Below, piece after piece: positions 13,124 through 35,567 of a stretch of 64,000 nucleotides of DNA. The first letter of the stretch is position 1. Each line of letters begins with the position of its first letter. Source of the stretch: Hormiphora californensis (Eukaryota > Animalia > Ctenophora); assembly GCA_020137815.1 (NCBI GenBank), contig CM035360.1:5766001-5830000 (forward strand), given 5' to 3'. Under the pieces are notes generated by a model. That model worked only from the letters and a program-made list of their open reading frames with translations. It was not told the DNA's origin and searched no databases. The translations under genes and the position numbers were made by a program.

Positions 13124-14809
13124 TCACCAGCTACCGTGTTTTTTCATCCCGTGTGCACTCTCCATGTGCTTACAGAATTGTATAAGTCGAGAATGAACAC
13201 CCATAGCTCGCTTCATTCGGAAGCTCGGTAGTTTGGTCATAAAGATGGCGTTTAGATGACCGTATAGCAAGCAGTCCAACTCTGTAACTATGTCCTGTGA
13301 TGGAGGTGATAAAAAGTTATGAAAAAAAGTAAACTTCTCCTGTGTAAACTGTAAGGATAGAAAAGACAACTTTGGGGAATAATGTGCAAACGGGATCTTG
13401 TGGATTGTGGAATGACAAGCATCTCATTTTGTGTTATTGTTGCCCAGAATGATCAGCTCATTATAAACTCACCTCCCCAGTGGTACTATCCTTGAAGAAT
13501 GTCCCGGGTGTATCAGTTAGGCGCTGTGAGATTGCATTGGCAATGGTCTTAGTCTCTGGTAACATCATCTCCCCACTAACATCATACCACTCAGATTGAC
13601 TGGCTATCAATCGATATACCTGAAATATATTACTAGTATTACTTGACTGGCTATCAATCGATATACCTGATGAATAATATTACCATTGGTTGTACTTGTA
13701 CGACTTCCTCTCAGCAAGTAGTAGTTGAATTTGATAGTAGAAAATAGGGTTGCAGCGGGGTTTTTGGGGTAACTGAAGTGTGTAAAGATACCCAAACAAT
13801 GATTGATTACCTGTCGTCTCTTGTAGAAGGGTAGAATGGTGCTGAGGGGCCACGCTGTGTGTCTTGTATACGCAGGAAGGGTCACATGAAGGTAATTGTC
13901 CTCTATCAACCAAGCTGTAAACAACTCTAACGCCTGTAAATAATATATAGATGATATTATAGCAGAGTTGAGGAGAGGATGGAGATCGGATTGTACAAAT
14001 TCTATCGAAAGGGTCGAGAAGGGTTTGGGACACAGGTACAATAACGAGTCGTTGATTTCGAACTTTCGCCCAAATTTTATGCCCAACTGCAGTAGTTTAT
14101 TACCTCTAATCGGGCTGTAATGAGTGATGTGTAAGTGTCCATGTCACACTTTTCATTTTCTGATAATTTATCGCTCAACGTGTAATCCTTTCCTGAAAGG
14201 CAACATGATTAGTCAGTACACTGCAAAAAGCAGTAACAATCACGGTCTAAAAGATCCTGTAAAAATGTTTGGTCCACAAAATGCATAACATGCGATCAGG
14301 AAGGACCAGATGCAAATCTTTATGGATCACCCTAATATGTAGGAAAATTCAAAATCTTAATTTCTGAGTCACATTACTTGGTAAGATATGCGAGTAGTTC
14401 TGCAAATCCTGATACAATGTCTCGCTCATTAAATATCAGTAATAGGGAAATCTTCCGTTAGTAGAAATGTATTCCACATTAGACTTCGTTTCCACCGTGT
14501 ATTTTAGCTCATGTTGCTCTAGTAGGCACTTTATTGCAGTGGCTTCACATCGACTGGGCAGAATCTCAACTCCTGAATAGAATTATTATCATTATTAAAT
14601 TAACGCGAGAAGAGATTGGAGGTCCCCCACTCCAATCATTATTAAACTTAGTATCACTTCTGATAAAAAGAAGGGAGAGGAATCAGTAAACTTCGATTGT
14701 TATTGAAAGTATCTACCTTACCTCTCGGGTGATCAATAAGTCGGATAGATTCTATGTCTGCGTTAAAGCTATTTGATAGCTGTTCTGAAACCTGTTCCAC
14801 AATTGACAT
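13124..14809 (-). CDS. MTX2: Metaxin-2-like mitochondrial outer-membrane SAM-associated protein, ~6 exons
   Basis: MSIVEQVSEQL; KSNVEYISTNGRFP; DYTLSDKLSENEKCDMDTY; AWPLSTILPFYKRRQ; AISQRL; VTELDCLLYGHL. One apparent frameshift near 14445. Confidence 0.85.
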
Positions 14810-15105
14810 AACTAAAATTGTAAAGTTTATTCGACTCAGATTAACGTCGTAGTGAAAACGGGATTTAAATCGTTATTTTTTAGTTGAGTCTGGAAATCAG
14901 CGGCTCGGATCAGCACATTACCTGCAGAAAATAGCAAATAGATTATAGTCAAAGGATAAAGCACTGATATATAGTCAAAGGATAAAGCACTATTTGCTAG
15001 CAAGCTTTGAAAAGAGGAAGAAAATCGATAAAAAATTTTAAAAGCTTATTTTTCGGGCCCACCCTTGGACCCTACTAGTTGCCTTAGCGCCCCCGGAACT
15101 TCCTA

Positions 15106-15924
15106 CGGTGGCAGATTCCGGTCAAGAGTTTTTTCAATCAAGTGAAATATTTTTGTTTGAAGTTTTATAAAAATTTTATTTCAAAATAAAAATTAACATG
15201 TCGTTAAAATTATTGGCCGGAATCTGCCACGCGAGTGGCAGATCTCGGCCAAGATTCTAAAAAAACCTTGGCCAGAATCTGCCAACCACGTGGCAGATTC
15301 CGGCCAACAAACTGAAACTTACTTATATCAAAGCGAAAACCGCTGTACCCGACTAATTTTGATACGCTGAATCACGTAAGCAACTTTTCCAATCCCTCAG
15401 AGGTCGGGAAAGTGTCCTAATTGAGCATAATAGGGTCTAATTGACCCCACTTACAACTTTTCACCTGGAAACGATAGACGCTTATGTGAAGGCACTTTTC
15501 CGACTAATTTTGATACGCTGAATCACGTAAGCAACTTTTCCAATCCCTCCGAGGTCGGGAATTTGCCCTAATTGAGCAATTAAGGCCAATTAGACCTAAT
15601 TATACTTAATTATGGCAAATTCCCGACCTCGGAGGGATTGGAAAAGTTGCTTACGTGATTCAGCGTATCAAAATTAGTCGGGTACAGCGGTTTTCGCTTT
15701 GATATAAGTAAGTTTCAGTTTGTTGGCCGGAATCTGCCACGTGGTTGGCAGATTCTGGCCAAGGTTTTTTAGAATCTTGGCCGAGATCTGCCACTCGCGT
15801 GGCAGATTCCGGCCAATAATTTTAACGACATGTTAATTCTTATTTTGAAATAAAATTTTTATAAAACTTCAAACAAAAATATTTCACTTGATTGAAAAAA
15901 ACTCTTGGCCGGAATCTGCCACCG
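15106..15924. mobile_element. Tc1/mariner-pogo-type palindromic MITE with long TIRs
   Basis: TA|CGGTGGCAGATTCCGG ... CCGGAATCTGCCACCG|TA, ~300-bp inverted arms, internal repeats of tggcagattccggcc. Confidence 0.9.
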
Positions 15925-16335
15925 TAACTTCCTGTTATCTCTCAACGTTTGATCACCGCTTATCTCAGAGGACGGATCACGGACCACAACTTTCCATTTT
16001 TGATTTTTCGCAACAAAAAAAACAAAACAAGGTTCATGCGAACTGAGGAGGAATTTTGTTTCAAAATACCAAATATATCATTTGCGTACGATGTAACGCG
16101 CAAATAAGATTCATTCAACGATGCAACACACGCGCGGCGTCGCGCTTGTAAAAGCACGAAAAATTTTGTTTTGAAACTTTGAAAATAAAAATCCTCGTTT
16201 TGAAATTTTAGAATCTTAGAAATTAGAAATTCCCTTCTTCTTCTTCTTCTATTAGGCCGTCTCCACCATAGGTGAGATTGAGGGGTGGTACCATGGAGAT
16301 TCCTTTCCCCGGCCTGGTTTGAGGGTTTGGATTTG

Positions 16336-19300
16336 TTAGTCCTCTTCCCCCCGGTTTAACTGTTTCAGGATATCCATGAAGAATGAAACAGTCTTGGTGA
16401 TCGGGAAGCCATTCTTGATGTCATCGAGGGTTAAACCAAGCCGATCAAACCTCTCTTGTCGCTGTTTCCAGAGAGCTGGACAGTCAGTGAGGAGGTGTTT
16501 GGCTGTTTCATTTTCTATGCCGCATAGGCGGCAGGTTGGAGTGTTTGCTAGTTTCATCTTGTGAAAATGGTATTTAAGTGTGCCCAGTCAGAAGCTGGGT
16601 TGCCGCTCTCAAGTGATTTCGGTCCAGGTGCTGGAGCTGTTTGACGTGGTTCGGGTTCCAGAAAAGATTCATGTGAGCCGTTGGAGCCGTTGTCATTTTT
16701 GTCTTCTCCCTTAGGGCCGCATAGGCGGCTTTCTTCGGGATTGGAGGGCGTATGATGTTTTCAATCTCTTGTGCTCCCTTTTTAGCGAGGGAGTCTGCTA
16801 GTTCATTCCCTTCGTGGCCTTTGTGAGCAGGGATCCACCGTATTTTAACGGTGTTGAAAACTGCAAGGGCGTTCAGGTTGGAAATGGTGTTTTGGGTGGT
16901 TTTGGATCTGCATACGGTGCTATCCAGTGCTTTGATTGTTCCTTGGCTATCGCAATTGATGAGGATTTTTTGATTGGCAGTTCCTGTGCCAAGGAGGTGT
17001 TTGGTGGTGTTTTGGATGGCTATCATTTCGGCCATAGGGACTGTTGTGGTATCACCCAGATTGAAAGCGGCCGAGTGGACCTCTTGTCCATTTTCACGGA
17101 TTAGGAGGCCCGCGCCGGCGTTGCCGTCAATTCTGGAACCGTCTGTGTAGGCTATTATTGTGTGATCGTCCTCTCCCTCTTCTTTGTAGTCCTCTGCGTC
17201 CGGAATCTCCAGGGAGTATTCCCGGTCGAGGATGAGTTGAGGGATGGTGTGGTCATGTTCCCACTCTGCTGGAAGGAGGTTTAGGCATTCGTCCACTGTG
17301 TTTGCGTGGGATGTGAATACTTTTGGTTGTGGTAGCTGCGACATTATACTCCCTTCCCACTGATCGGCCGCTCTGAGCGTGTACGCTGTTTTAATGGCGC
17401 ATTGTCTCAGGTGGTCTACTATGGGCATGGTGTGGGTAATCATGTCAAGCGCCTTCCCTGGTGTGCTGGACATTGCTCCAGTTACCATTTGGAGGGCAAG
17501 TCTTTGGATTCTTGATGTGTTTATCTTGTTTTTCTGTGTCAGCATGGCATTGGCCCATACGAGCGCGCCATAGGAGAGCATGGGCCGTATGATGGATTTG
17601 TAGATCCACAGCATGGTCTTTGGCGAGAAGCCCCACGTTGGGCCCACCGCTCTCCTGCACTGGAATAGGACTTGTTTACATTTCTTTATTTGGGTATCAA
17701 TATGTTTCGACCAATTTAGTTTGGAGTCCAATGTGACACCCAGGAATTTGGTGTGGTTGGTTGCTTTGATCTCGTGACCCATTACCTTGATGGGTTCTCT
17801 GAGTTTTATGTTGTGGCGGTGGGTGAATATTACTGTGTGGGATTTGAGAGCGCTGAGCTTGAGTCCCACTGATTTGCACCACTTGCTAATGGTGGATAGG
17901 CTTTTCTGGGTTGCTTCTCTGAGGGGGTAGATGTCTGCAGCCGCATTGCCTTTCGTTGGAGGCGATATTGTCGCGGCTAGAAGGCAGAGGTCATCTGCGA
18001 ACCCTTGGAGATCACCAGGAATTTTGTCCTTTTTTAGGCTGAGGAGGTCGTCCATCACCAGGTTCCAGAGGAATGGCGATAGAATTCCTCCTTGGGGGCA
18101 GCCTTTTGTCAGGCCGAACACTAGGGTGTGTCCCAAGAGTGAGGTTTTGACTCGGCGATTGGAGATCATGTAAGTAATCCAATTGGCCGTTTTACTGTCT
18201 TTTAGTTTGTTGTGTAGTGCTCTCTCTATGGCTTTGAAGGCCACGTTGTCGAAAGCGCCCTCTATGTCGAGGAAGGTTGCCATGGCTATTCCTCTGTGCA
18301 TGAGGGTGTGTTCTATTTTTCGGACGACTTTGTGGAGGGCAGTGTCAGTGGACGCACCTCGTCTAAATCCGAACTGGTTTTTGTTGAGTTTCTTGTGTAC
18401 TTTTTGGTCCACTTCGATGTGCCATAGAACTAGCCTCTCCATAAGCTTCTGGAGGTTGGATGCTAGGGTAATGGTTCGGAATGATTTTGGTTGTCGGTAG
18501 TCACTCTTTCCTGGCTTTGGGAGGTAAATTGCTTCAGCCTCTTGCCAAGACTGAGGAGTGACCCCAAGGGAGAAAGATGCAATTGCTATCTTTTGGAAGT
18601 AAGTAGCAAAGGCTGGAGCAACCTTTTGCATCATGATTGGTCTGATTTCATCTGGTCCTGCCGCTGTGAGCGGTTTGAACTCTTTAAGTGCTCTGATTAT
18701 TCTTGGTATGGAGAAGACATGCTCACTGGGCCATTCTTCTTTGGATCCATTTTTCAATGGGGTAAGTGATGGCCGTGTGCTATGGTCTTCTCCGAAGAGG
18801 GAGTCCCGCATGTGTTCCAGGGTCTCGGCTGGGCTGCACGTCAGGGAGCCGTCTGGCTTGATCAGACAACTAAGGTTATTGCCCGGGTTATCTTTAATTA
18901 CTTGGCCAATTTTTTGAGCGTCAGAGAGGGCGTCCATTTCGCCTGTCCAAGATTGCCAGGCTGTGCGTTTGGATTGGTCTCTCAGTTTTTTGTATATTTT
19001 TGATTTTTCTTTTGCTTCTTCCCATAAGGGAGGAGTCTTACCGCTCTGAGCTGCTGTCAGCGCGGAGATCATAGGACCTCCTGGCGGTCTTGACTTCCTC
19101 CGTGAGCCACACTGGATCTTTGGTGGTGGCTGAGATGTGGGTCAGTGGAGTGCATTCTTTGTATGCGTTGATAAGGATTTTAGTCAGTTCCGTAGCGTGC
19201 TCCTCTAGATCTTCAGCATTGATGATACTTTTGTTGAGGATGGGGCTTTCGGACATGGCTTTTTCTACTGATTTTTGGAATTGTAACCAATTAGTTTTCT

Positions 19301-20918
19301 TGGGGTTGTGGAATGATCGGATGTTGGAGATGTCCGTTCCCACTAGATTGAAGGTTATGGGGATGTGGTCTGAGTGGCACTTCATAGGGTTGGTCTGCCA
19401 CTTTCGAACCACTAGTAAACCCGTTCGCCCTACGGGCGAATTTCGCGGAAATGGTAGCTGGATTAGGAAATACTGACACCACCAGTCGAACTGTTGACAT
19501 GCACTATCCCTACGGCAACGTAAAAGGAGCTCAGGCGGGATCGCTGCGAGTTTTAGAACGCCAGAAGATGATCAGGTGATCAAAGTGGTAAAAGAACTTC
19601 TATTTTGCAGATTCCTCGCATTTCGTCAGATTGTGGTCATCTGCCTTAATCTCTGAGATTGATCATCGGTTCTGTTTAATCTCCAACGTCTTGTTCGTTC
19701 TCTCTGCACTTCTCTTGGTGTTGCTGCATTTTAACCCCTCAGTGTATGGAAAAGTAGAGAACGGCGGTCGGATCTTTCATGAGTAACTCAAATTGTCGCT
19801 GTCGTATATCAGCAGTTGTTGAAGAGAGCATATAATTAGCTGGAACAGTGACGCAATACAAAGCAAGATCAGATGCACGTGCAACTGCACTACAATAGTA
19901 ACAATCCTTGGTAACGGCTCCCCACCCCTGGCCCCACTCCAGCTAGTAGACTCCACCTCTAAACCTGCACGTGCAAAATGCCATATTTGGTAAAAAACGT
20001 TACACTGGATTTCCCTATTTGCTTTAATAATAGTATGATGTCTACTGCTTGGTTATTCGATATGGTCAGGTCTATGGCGTTCTGCCATCGACCATTGTCG
20101 AACGTTGGTGGGGAGTTAATGTTTGATATGTGAAGGTCTTCATTGAGGAGGAACTCCAGGAGTGCGTCTCCTCTTTTGATACCAGGCGTATCGTTCAGTT
20201 TGCTCCCCCAGAGGGAGTTGTGAGCGTTACAGTCTGTACCCACTATCATTGGATAGTTATGTTTGGCTGCATGGGCTGTAATTTCCCCTAGTAGCGCGGG
20301 AGGGCAGGGTTTGTCTCGGTCCATGTACATGGAGCTGAGTAGGATGGTTTTATTGTTAATCTTGAGAATGATTGTGGAGGTGTCGCGGTCCGAGAGGGCG
20401 TCCATGAAGAATATGTTTCGGGACAGATCTTTGTGGACCATGATGCCAGCCCTCGGATTGTCCGCCCGCTTATCGTAGATAGCGATATAACCTCCACTAG
20501 TTTTCAGTCTCCCCTGTTTCTTAGTTAGGGGGTGCTCTTGAGTGAGAATTATGTGGTTGTTGGTTGAACTCTCACTAATGATATCATCCCACCCGTGGTG
20601 ACTTCTATTGAGGTTAATCTGAGTCACTCGAAGATCCTTACCTTTGACTGGTGGTCCGGAGGTGGATGGGTGGACAATTGGAGGGGGCGGGACGGTCGAT
20701 CCACTCTGGGTGGAAGCCGTTGGCTGGGTTTTCCCACTCGTGGTGGGGCCCCGGGCTGTGTGTCTTCTTGATGGTTTTTTGTTGTTTTTTGGCACCACCG
20801 ATCCACTCGGGGGTGGATCTGTTGCTCCACTCGATGGTGGAGATATGGTCAACGGTTTTTGGTGGTTCTTGGAACCACTTTGTATTGATGTGTTGTATGA
20901 GTTATAATAGGAATCCAT
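16336..20918 (-). pseudogene. LINE ORF2 (endonuclease-RT-RNase H-CCHC), split by a Helitron and two single-base frameshifts (~19075, ~16575)
   Basis: ORFs 19959-20918, 19038-19412, 16574-19072 and 16336-16557 are consecutive parts of one protein. Confidence 0.9.
19412..20038 (-). mobile_element. Non-autonomous Helitron (627 bp)
   Basis: Minus strand reads A|TCATAC...TTCGCCC-GTA-GGGCGAA CGGGTTTA CTAG|T. This gives a 5' TC, subterminal hairpin, 3' CTAG, A|T target and no TSD. Removal restores GAC ATG GTT CGA (AVDMVRKWQ). Confidence 0.93.
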
Positions 20919-21554
20919 AAAACAGATAAAGAAATAGGGCAGTAATGGAATGCCTTTTGTTAACAGTGTGGAGGGTGGCTACCTAGTGACCAGGAAATGA
21001 AGGCCCCTGGCCGGGGGACCGGCAGCTGTGTTCCCCTAATGGCCTGAGGACTGCCGCGTAGGCGGCAGGTTAGTTGGTGACGACCCTTTCTGGAAGGGCT
21101 CTATGTGTGTTGGGATTCTTGTGCCTGTCAATATCCTCTCAGGGAGGAGGGTACAGGCAGGAGGGTTTGGTCCACTACAGGGTGGACGTAATGGAGCGCT
21201 CCCTCTGGGAGGGTCTGTAGACACTATAGCCCACTCACAGTGCAATGATGGGACTGTAGCCGCGGCCCGAGCTTCCATTGGGCGTAGTAAGGAATCTCAC
21301 CCTCCTTCACAATTGGCCATATCGTGTCGCCACCAGTTGTGTAATGTGTTTACATTTTTCATGAAGACCTGATGACCCTTCTATTGCTGGAGGCTTTTTG
21401 AGCTGATATAAAGATTGTTTTCCAGGCCAAAGTCGGCGTTTCAATGATCAAGAGTATTAAAACAGCGTGTAACCGTCCTCTTATTGACTATAGGTGAAGC
21501 ATGTAGAAGACTCAGACTGTTCATGGGACATATAATGGTCTAGGAGAGAGTGAG

Positions 21555-31055
<9,501 letters not shown>

Positions 31056-32579
31056 CAGTGACGTCATATCAACACGTGACGTCACGACTACAACTCAGAC
31101 CTGATCTGGAAACTGGGTACTAACAAACTCACACACACACACAACATATAGACTGACTCCCCCTTACTTTAACTGTGTAGAGTATATCGAGTGAAGTGGA
31201 GAAATATTTGGGGGTAATTATGTGATTATTAATTAACTCCTAGGTACACGTGTATCTTGTCGATTTTCAATTTAGGAGAGAAATGTGTGAGAATTTAAAA
31301 TGGACAATAGAGTCGAGATAATATTTAGCCGGGAGAGAAGTATTGTTTTGCTTTATGTGTTTTCTCACACTGCTAAATAATGCTCATATTATTGTATCCC
31401 GCCCCATTCAAACGTCCTCATTAAGGCAGTGATATCCCCCTCTTTGGAGCATATATTCTGCTGTTTATTTCTTGCATGAGCGATCAGCCGCCCCTGGAAC
31501 TGTGTTATATATCGGAGCTGTAATTCTGTCGTGAGATATATATCCACTGTTCTTCCCTGTTATACTGCCGTGGTGACTCCTATTTAGTGATAGCGACAGA
31601 GTTGAGTTGAGAAATGTGGAGAGAATTTGAGAGAGAACGAGAGTGAGTGAGAGAATAGTTTCGGTTTTAGAAATTGAGAGTTGAGGGAGTTGGTTCATGA
31701 GGTTGCTGAATGAAAGAGAAATATTTTATACCATTATCAGTGCAGTGATCCGAATTTTCTTTAGAAGACTGTTTCATTTGTTCAAAACTCTTAAACTCAA
31801 TCGCCGAATGTTTGGAATATCTTGAGCGCGCGAACAGCTGTATAAAACGTTGCCGATTTCAGTCGCGCGTTCGAAATGAAGCGCCGCGCGCAAAATGAAA
31901 TTTAATTGAAATCTTTAATTTCCGAAAATCTCGGATGGCTTTTTTTGAAGAAAAAAACTGTCCATTGTTCTCAGATCTGTTCTGTCTCCCCCTATTGGCC
32001 TATTTCGTTAAATTCGACCATGCCGGAAGGTTTGCACTATATATGCAATTATTGCACTTCAGTTTTGAGCCGTATTATTTGGGTTAGCAGTAAACTCACA
32101 CACTTTTTGGCCCATATTTTGACGTTTTTGGTCATTTGGTCTGATATTTCTTGGCCAAATCGCATTACAGTGGGCTCGTTGGAAAGAAGGCATCGAGTTC
32201 TTTCGCTAAAATTGCAGAGCCGATATAATCTAATCAAATGGTTATAGCTCTATGGTCTATGTCATCTTTCCAACGAGCTCAAGACGAGAAAGTGATACTT
32301 TAGAGAGTGCGTTGTCACAATTTTTCTGGGAATATATTCACTATTGAGTGGGATATTAAGCGCATAATTTAAATGAAGCAATTTGGCAGAGTTATGACCA
32401 AAAACGTCCAAATTTGGTGCAAAAAAGTATGTGATTTTACCGCTAAAGTATTTGACGAGAGGAGCCTTGCTATCGCTCCTGACGATCGTTAAACTAGGCA
32501 GTTCCTGTGAGGTTAATTCTTGATGCTGGTACAAAAGTGTGACCTACCCACCATCAATCAGGCCATTTGGTTCTTGGTT

Positions 32580-32667
32580 TTGGTGACGCGGTCACCCCTA
32601 CACTAGGGCCGCGCGAAGCGCGGCAAACGAAGCCGGCGAAGCCGGCTGAGGGGGATGTCATCACCAA
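32580..32667. mobile_element. 88-bp micro-MITE with 9-bp TSD and GCGAAGC hairpins
   Basis: ttcttggtt|TTGGTGA...TCACCAA|ttcttggtt. Second copy at 50929-51007. Confidence 0.8.
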
Positions 32668-33790
32668 TTCTTGGTTGGAGTTAATTCCTTGAAAACTTGA
32701 AAAGTAAGAACTAAGAAACCATGAAATTTGAAAACATATTGCAGATTGCTATGAAGTATAGCATGCAATTTTTGTTTTGCAGTTTACAGATTTTACCACC
32801 TGCAGCGTCTAACGCCAGCCCGTGCAGTGCCAGATATCAAGAACATCGAAACATTATGGATAGTGAAGATACTATTGGTGACAAACTATATCTCATTATG
32901 CTCATAAGTCATTTCATAAAAACAATTCCATACACTCACGCTGTCATAGGTGGCCTTTTATTCAATAGTCAAATAAGGTTTGGCAAGTGAATTCTTTCCT
33001 ACGATCACATCGTTATTTCTTTTATTTATCAGATTTTGTCCTGAAATATATGTACATCCCGACACTATCACTCGAATAAGAAGGCAGGTACTGCAGCATG
33101 CATGAGCGGTACGATCGTGAGAATTCCATAACACATTTTCCAGCTGGAAATATCCATCATAAGAGATAGATAGTGTTCCAGCAGCTGTCGCTGTGTCAGT
33201 ACTGCGAATCGGCATAATGATGATCAAAATGATCAACACCAGCTCAGTGCGGCCGTTACCTCCCGCCTCGACACAGTCTCTCTTTGTGTGTCTCTTTTTT
33301 CTCCCTCTCACTCTCCATCTCACACTATCTCTCTCTCCCATTTTACTATGTCTATCTCGCTCCCTTCATAACCAATGCAATGCACTGGCTCGTCAACTTA
33401 AGGAGGCAGTGAAGTTGCCGCTAATTTCATGCGACTAGTATAGTACAACAACGTGTGGTGTCGCTCATTAATCGGGTGATCATGTTGTTTGTTGCACTCG
33501 AACACCGATTAATATAAATCGTGATTTACTGGATAGAGCATCATTAGGAGTGTTGGAGTAGTTTTGTAAGGACGACAGGTCAGAGGACGAAGTACATATT
33601 ATAAGAGTAGTGTGTAGTGTAGTAAACATTGTCCGTATTGTTTAGAATACCGAGTAACTGATAACTCAGGGGTGTCTGAGCTGGGCGGCCGGATTTGGTA
33701 TGCAGGAGTATGGAAGTCCGAGGGCAAAGCCTTTAGATTTTTTTAGATGTTTGTTGGTTTGTTGATTTTCAACAGCTATATTTTTCTTAA

Positions 33791-34544
33791 CGGGTGACAA
33801 CTAAAAATTGTCCCTAATTTAAAACGGCTGTAGAATTTTTCCCTTTTGAGATACAGCTTCGGGCCAGTGATAGAACGATTTTTCAGACAATTTTAAATCG
33901 TTGTAACATAACGGCGAAGACTAAAAAGTCCTTTTTCATTGCGATATCGCATCATTTCCTCTTGCCCCACCAAAGCATGAAGTACGTGAAATCTACACAA
34001 TCTTCTAGCACCTCTAGCGTCTGTTCTGTTTGAGATACATCTTCGGGATAGCGATAGAATGATTTTTCAGACAATTTTGAACGAAATTAACTTTGTTTTA
34101 AACTCCGTTAATCTCAATTTCCTGATCAGAATCTTCTGTAACAAAGCGGTGTTTACAGGTAATTTGCGAAATCGCCATTTTGACGATCTCTCGAAACACT
34201 AATGACGCGGAAAACCAACTTCTTAATGAGCTGAAGTTTTCAAACTTGGCAGTTATGTTAGTGATGGCATGAACAACCAGACTTCCAATTTTTAGAATTC
34301 TATCTCATCGGGAAGGTCGTTTCTGATAACATAGAAATTTCAAATCTCCGTACTACATGCTTTGGAGGGACAAGAGGAAATGATGCGATATCGCAATGAA
34401 AATGAAATTTTTAGACTTTGCCGGTATGTTATTCCGATTCACAATTGTCTGAAAAATCGTTCTATCACTAGCCCGAAGCTGTATCTCAAAAGGGAAAAAT
34501 TCTACAGCCGTTTTAAATTAGGGACAATTTTTAGTTGTCACCCG
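33791..34544. mobile_element. MITE with long TIRs flanked by TTAA (or TA)
   Basis: ttaa|cgggtgacaactaaaaattgtccctaatttaaaacggctgtag ... ctacagccgttttaaattagggacaatttttagttgtcacccg|ttaa. Confidence 0.88.
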
Positions 34545-34780
34545 TTAAAATTGGTATATTTCAACCCCCATAGGATCTAGATTCACACTTGGGACAGCTG
34601 ATACATTACTGATGTTTTTTAATGTACTTGGACTTCTCTCCAATAGTCCAATATCATCTTTGACAGGCTACACTGTGAGGCGTGAGCTGTCCCTTGCAGG
34701 AATACTATGAGGCACATGATTTTAGGGTCTCTCAGCAGTGCCGATACACACAAATCGTGGCTTCTGATTTTCTGGGTCTA

Positions 34781-34920
34781 TAGTCGGATTTTTTGAAGTT
34801 GTCACCCCCAAACGACCGCATGTGAAATTTATCTGATTTAACGTGCACACCACACGTTAACATGTGATGTGTTAACACACGAAAAGGGTGGGAGGTGACA
34901 ACTTCAAAAAATCCGACTTT
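34781..34920. mobile_element. Short MITE of the AGTCGGATTTTTTGAA TIR family (same TIRs as 53405/56334)
   Basis: agtcggattttttgaagttgtcacc ... ggtgacaacttcaaaaaatccgact. Confidence 0.85.
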
Positions 34921-35567
34921 AGAGAATAGATCCATGCCCTAAGTTCTTCACAGATTTAGCGTGGCGACCTTTACGAGGGACTATATAGCATGTAATCTAT
35001 GAAGAACATGTAACAGCCATCTCACGGAATACCGTTCTGCTCTGTATGATCTTCCACTACCTGTTATACAGTGCATAGTATGCAGCTTGTATTGTACCTG
35101 GGTCCTGGCACAGAGGTATACTGCAGCTGGTAGTCCAACACTCTAACAGTTTCAATCTGTATGCTTACAACCATTACATTTCAGTTCCATTGTTCCACTG
35201 ATTATGATATGTATCTTGTTTTATACAGTTTACTCCAAACACTCTCATTCTCTATTCACTGCTACATCATCACTATGATTGGTATACACAGTTGATCGAT
35301 CGTCTAAAAATGTTATAAAGTTTGCATGATAAAATATTGTTGATCCCAATTTACGCATGACTGACTCTGAGTCTGACGACTGTAATACTTACCTGTTGCA
35401 TGCCTTTGATTGTCTCTCTCAACACGCCAAATTCGCTTGAGACAATTCGCCCCTTTCTTGTTATAACTTCCGTAGCTCTGTAGCTATGAGCACACTAATC
35501 TTTAGAGCTAGTGATATCTAATATCTTGCTCAATGTCACTTTGTCTTACAGATAACTCTTTTTTTAG

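Larger units (their letters stand above)
16234..21397 (-). mobile_element. Non-LTR retrotransposon of the LOA/R1-I group, 5'-truncated in the ORF1 region, (GAA)n 3' tail
   Basis: APE motifs (LRVTQINLNRS, LTQE, VGTDCNAH..WGS, IDLTI, SDHIPI). RT motifs (FLDIEGAFDNV, KGCPQGGILSPFLW, FADD, FLGVTLDSKLNW). RNase H (YTDGS, AE, DSQ, WIPAHKGHEGNELAD). C-terminal CRLC..ETAKHLLTDC. (ttc)n at 16235-16250. Confidence 0.95.

Noticed and set aside
31740-32560. Possible additional transposon upstream of the micro-MITE
   Set aside because: The composition is TE-like, but I could not define termini, a TSD or a second copy in the window.
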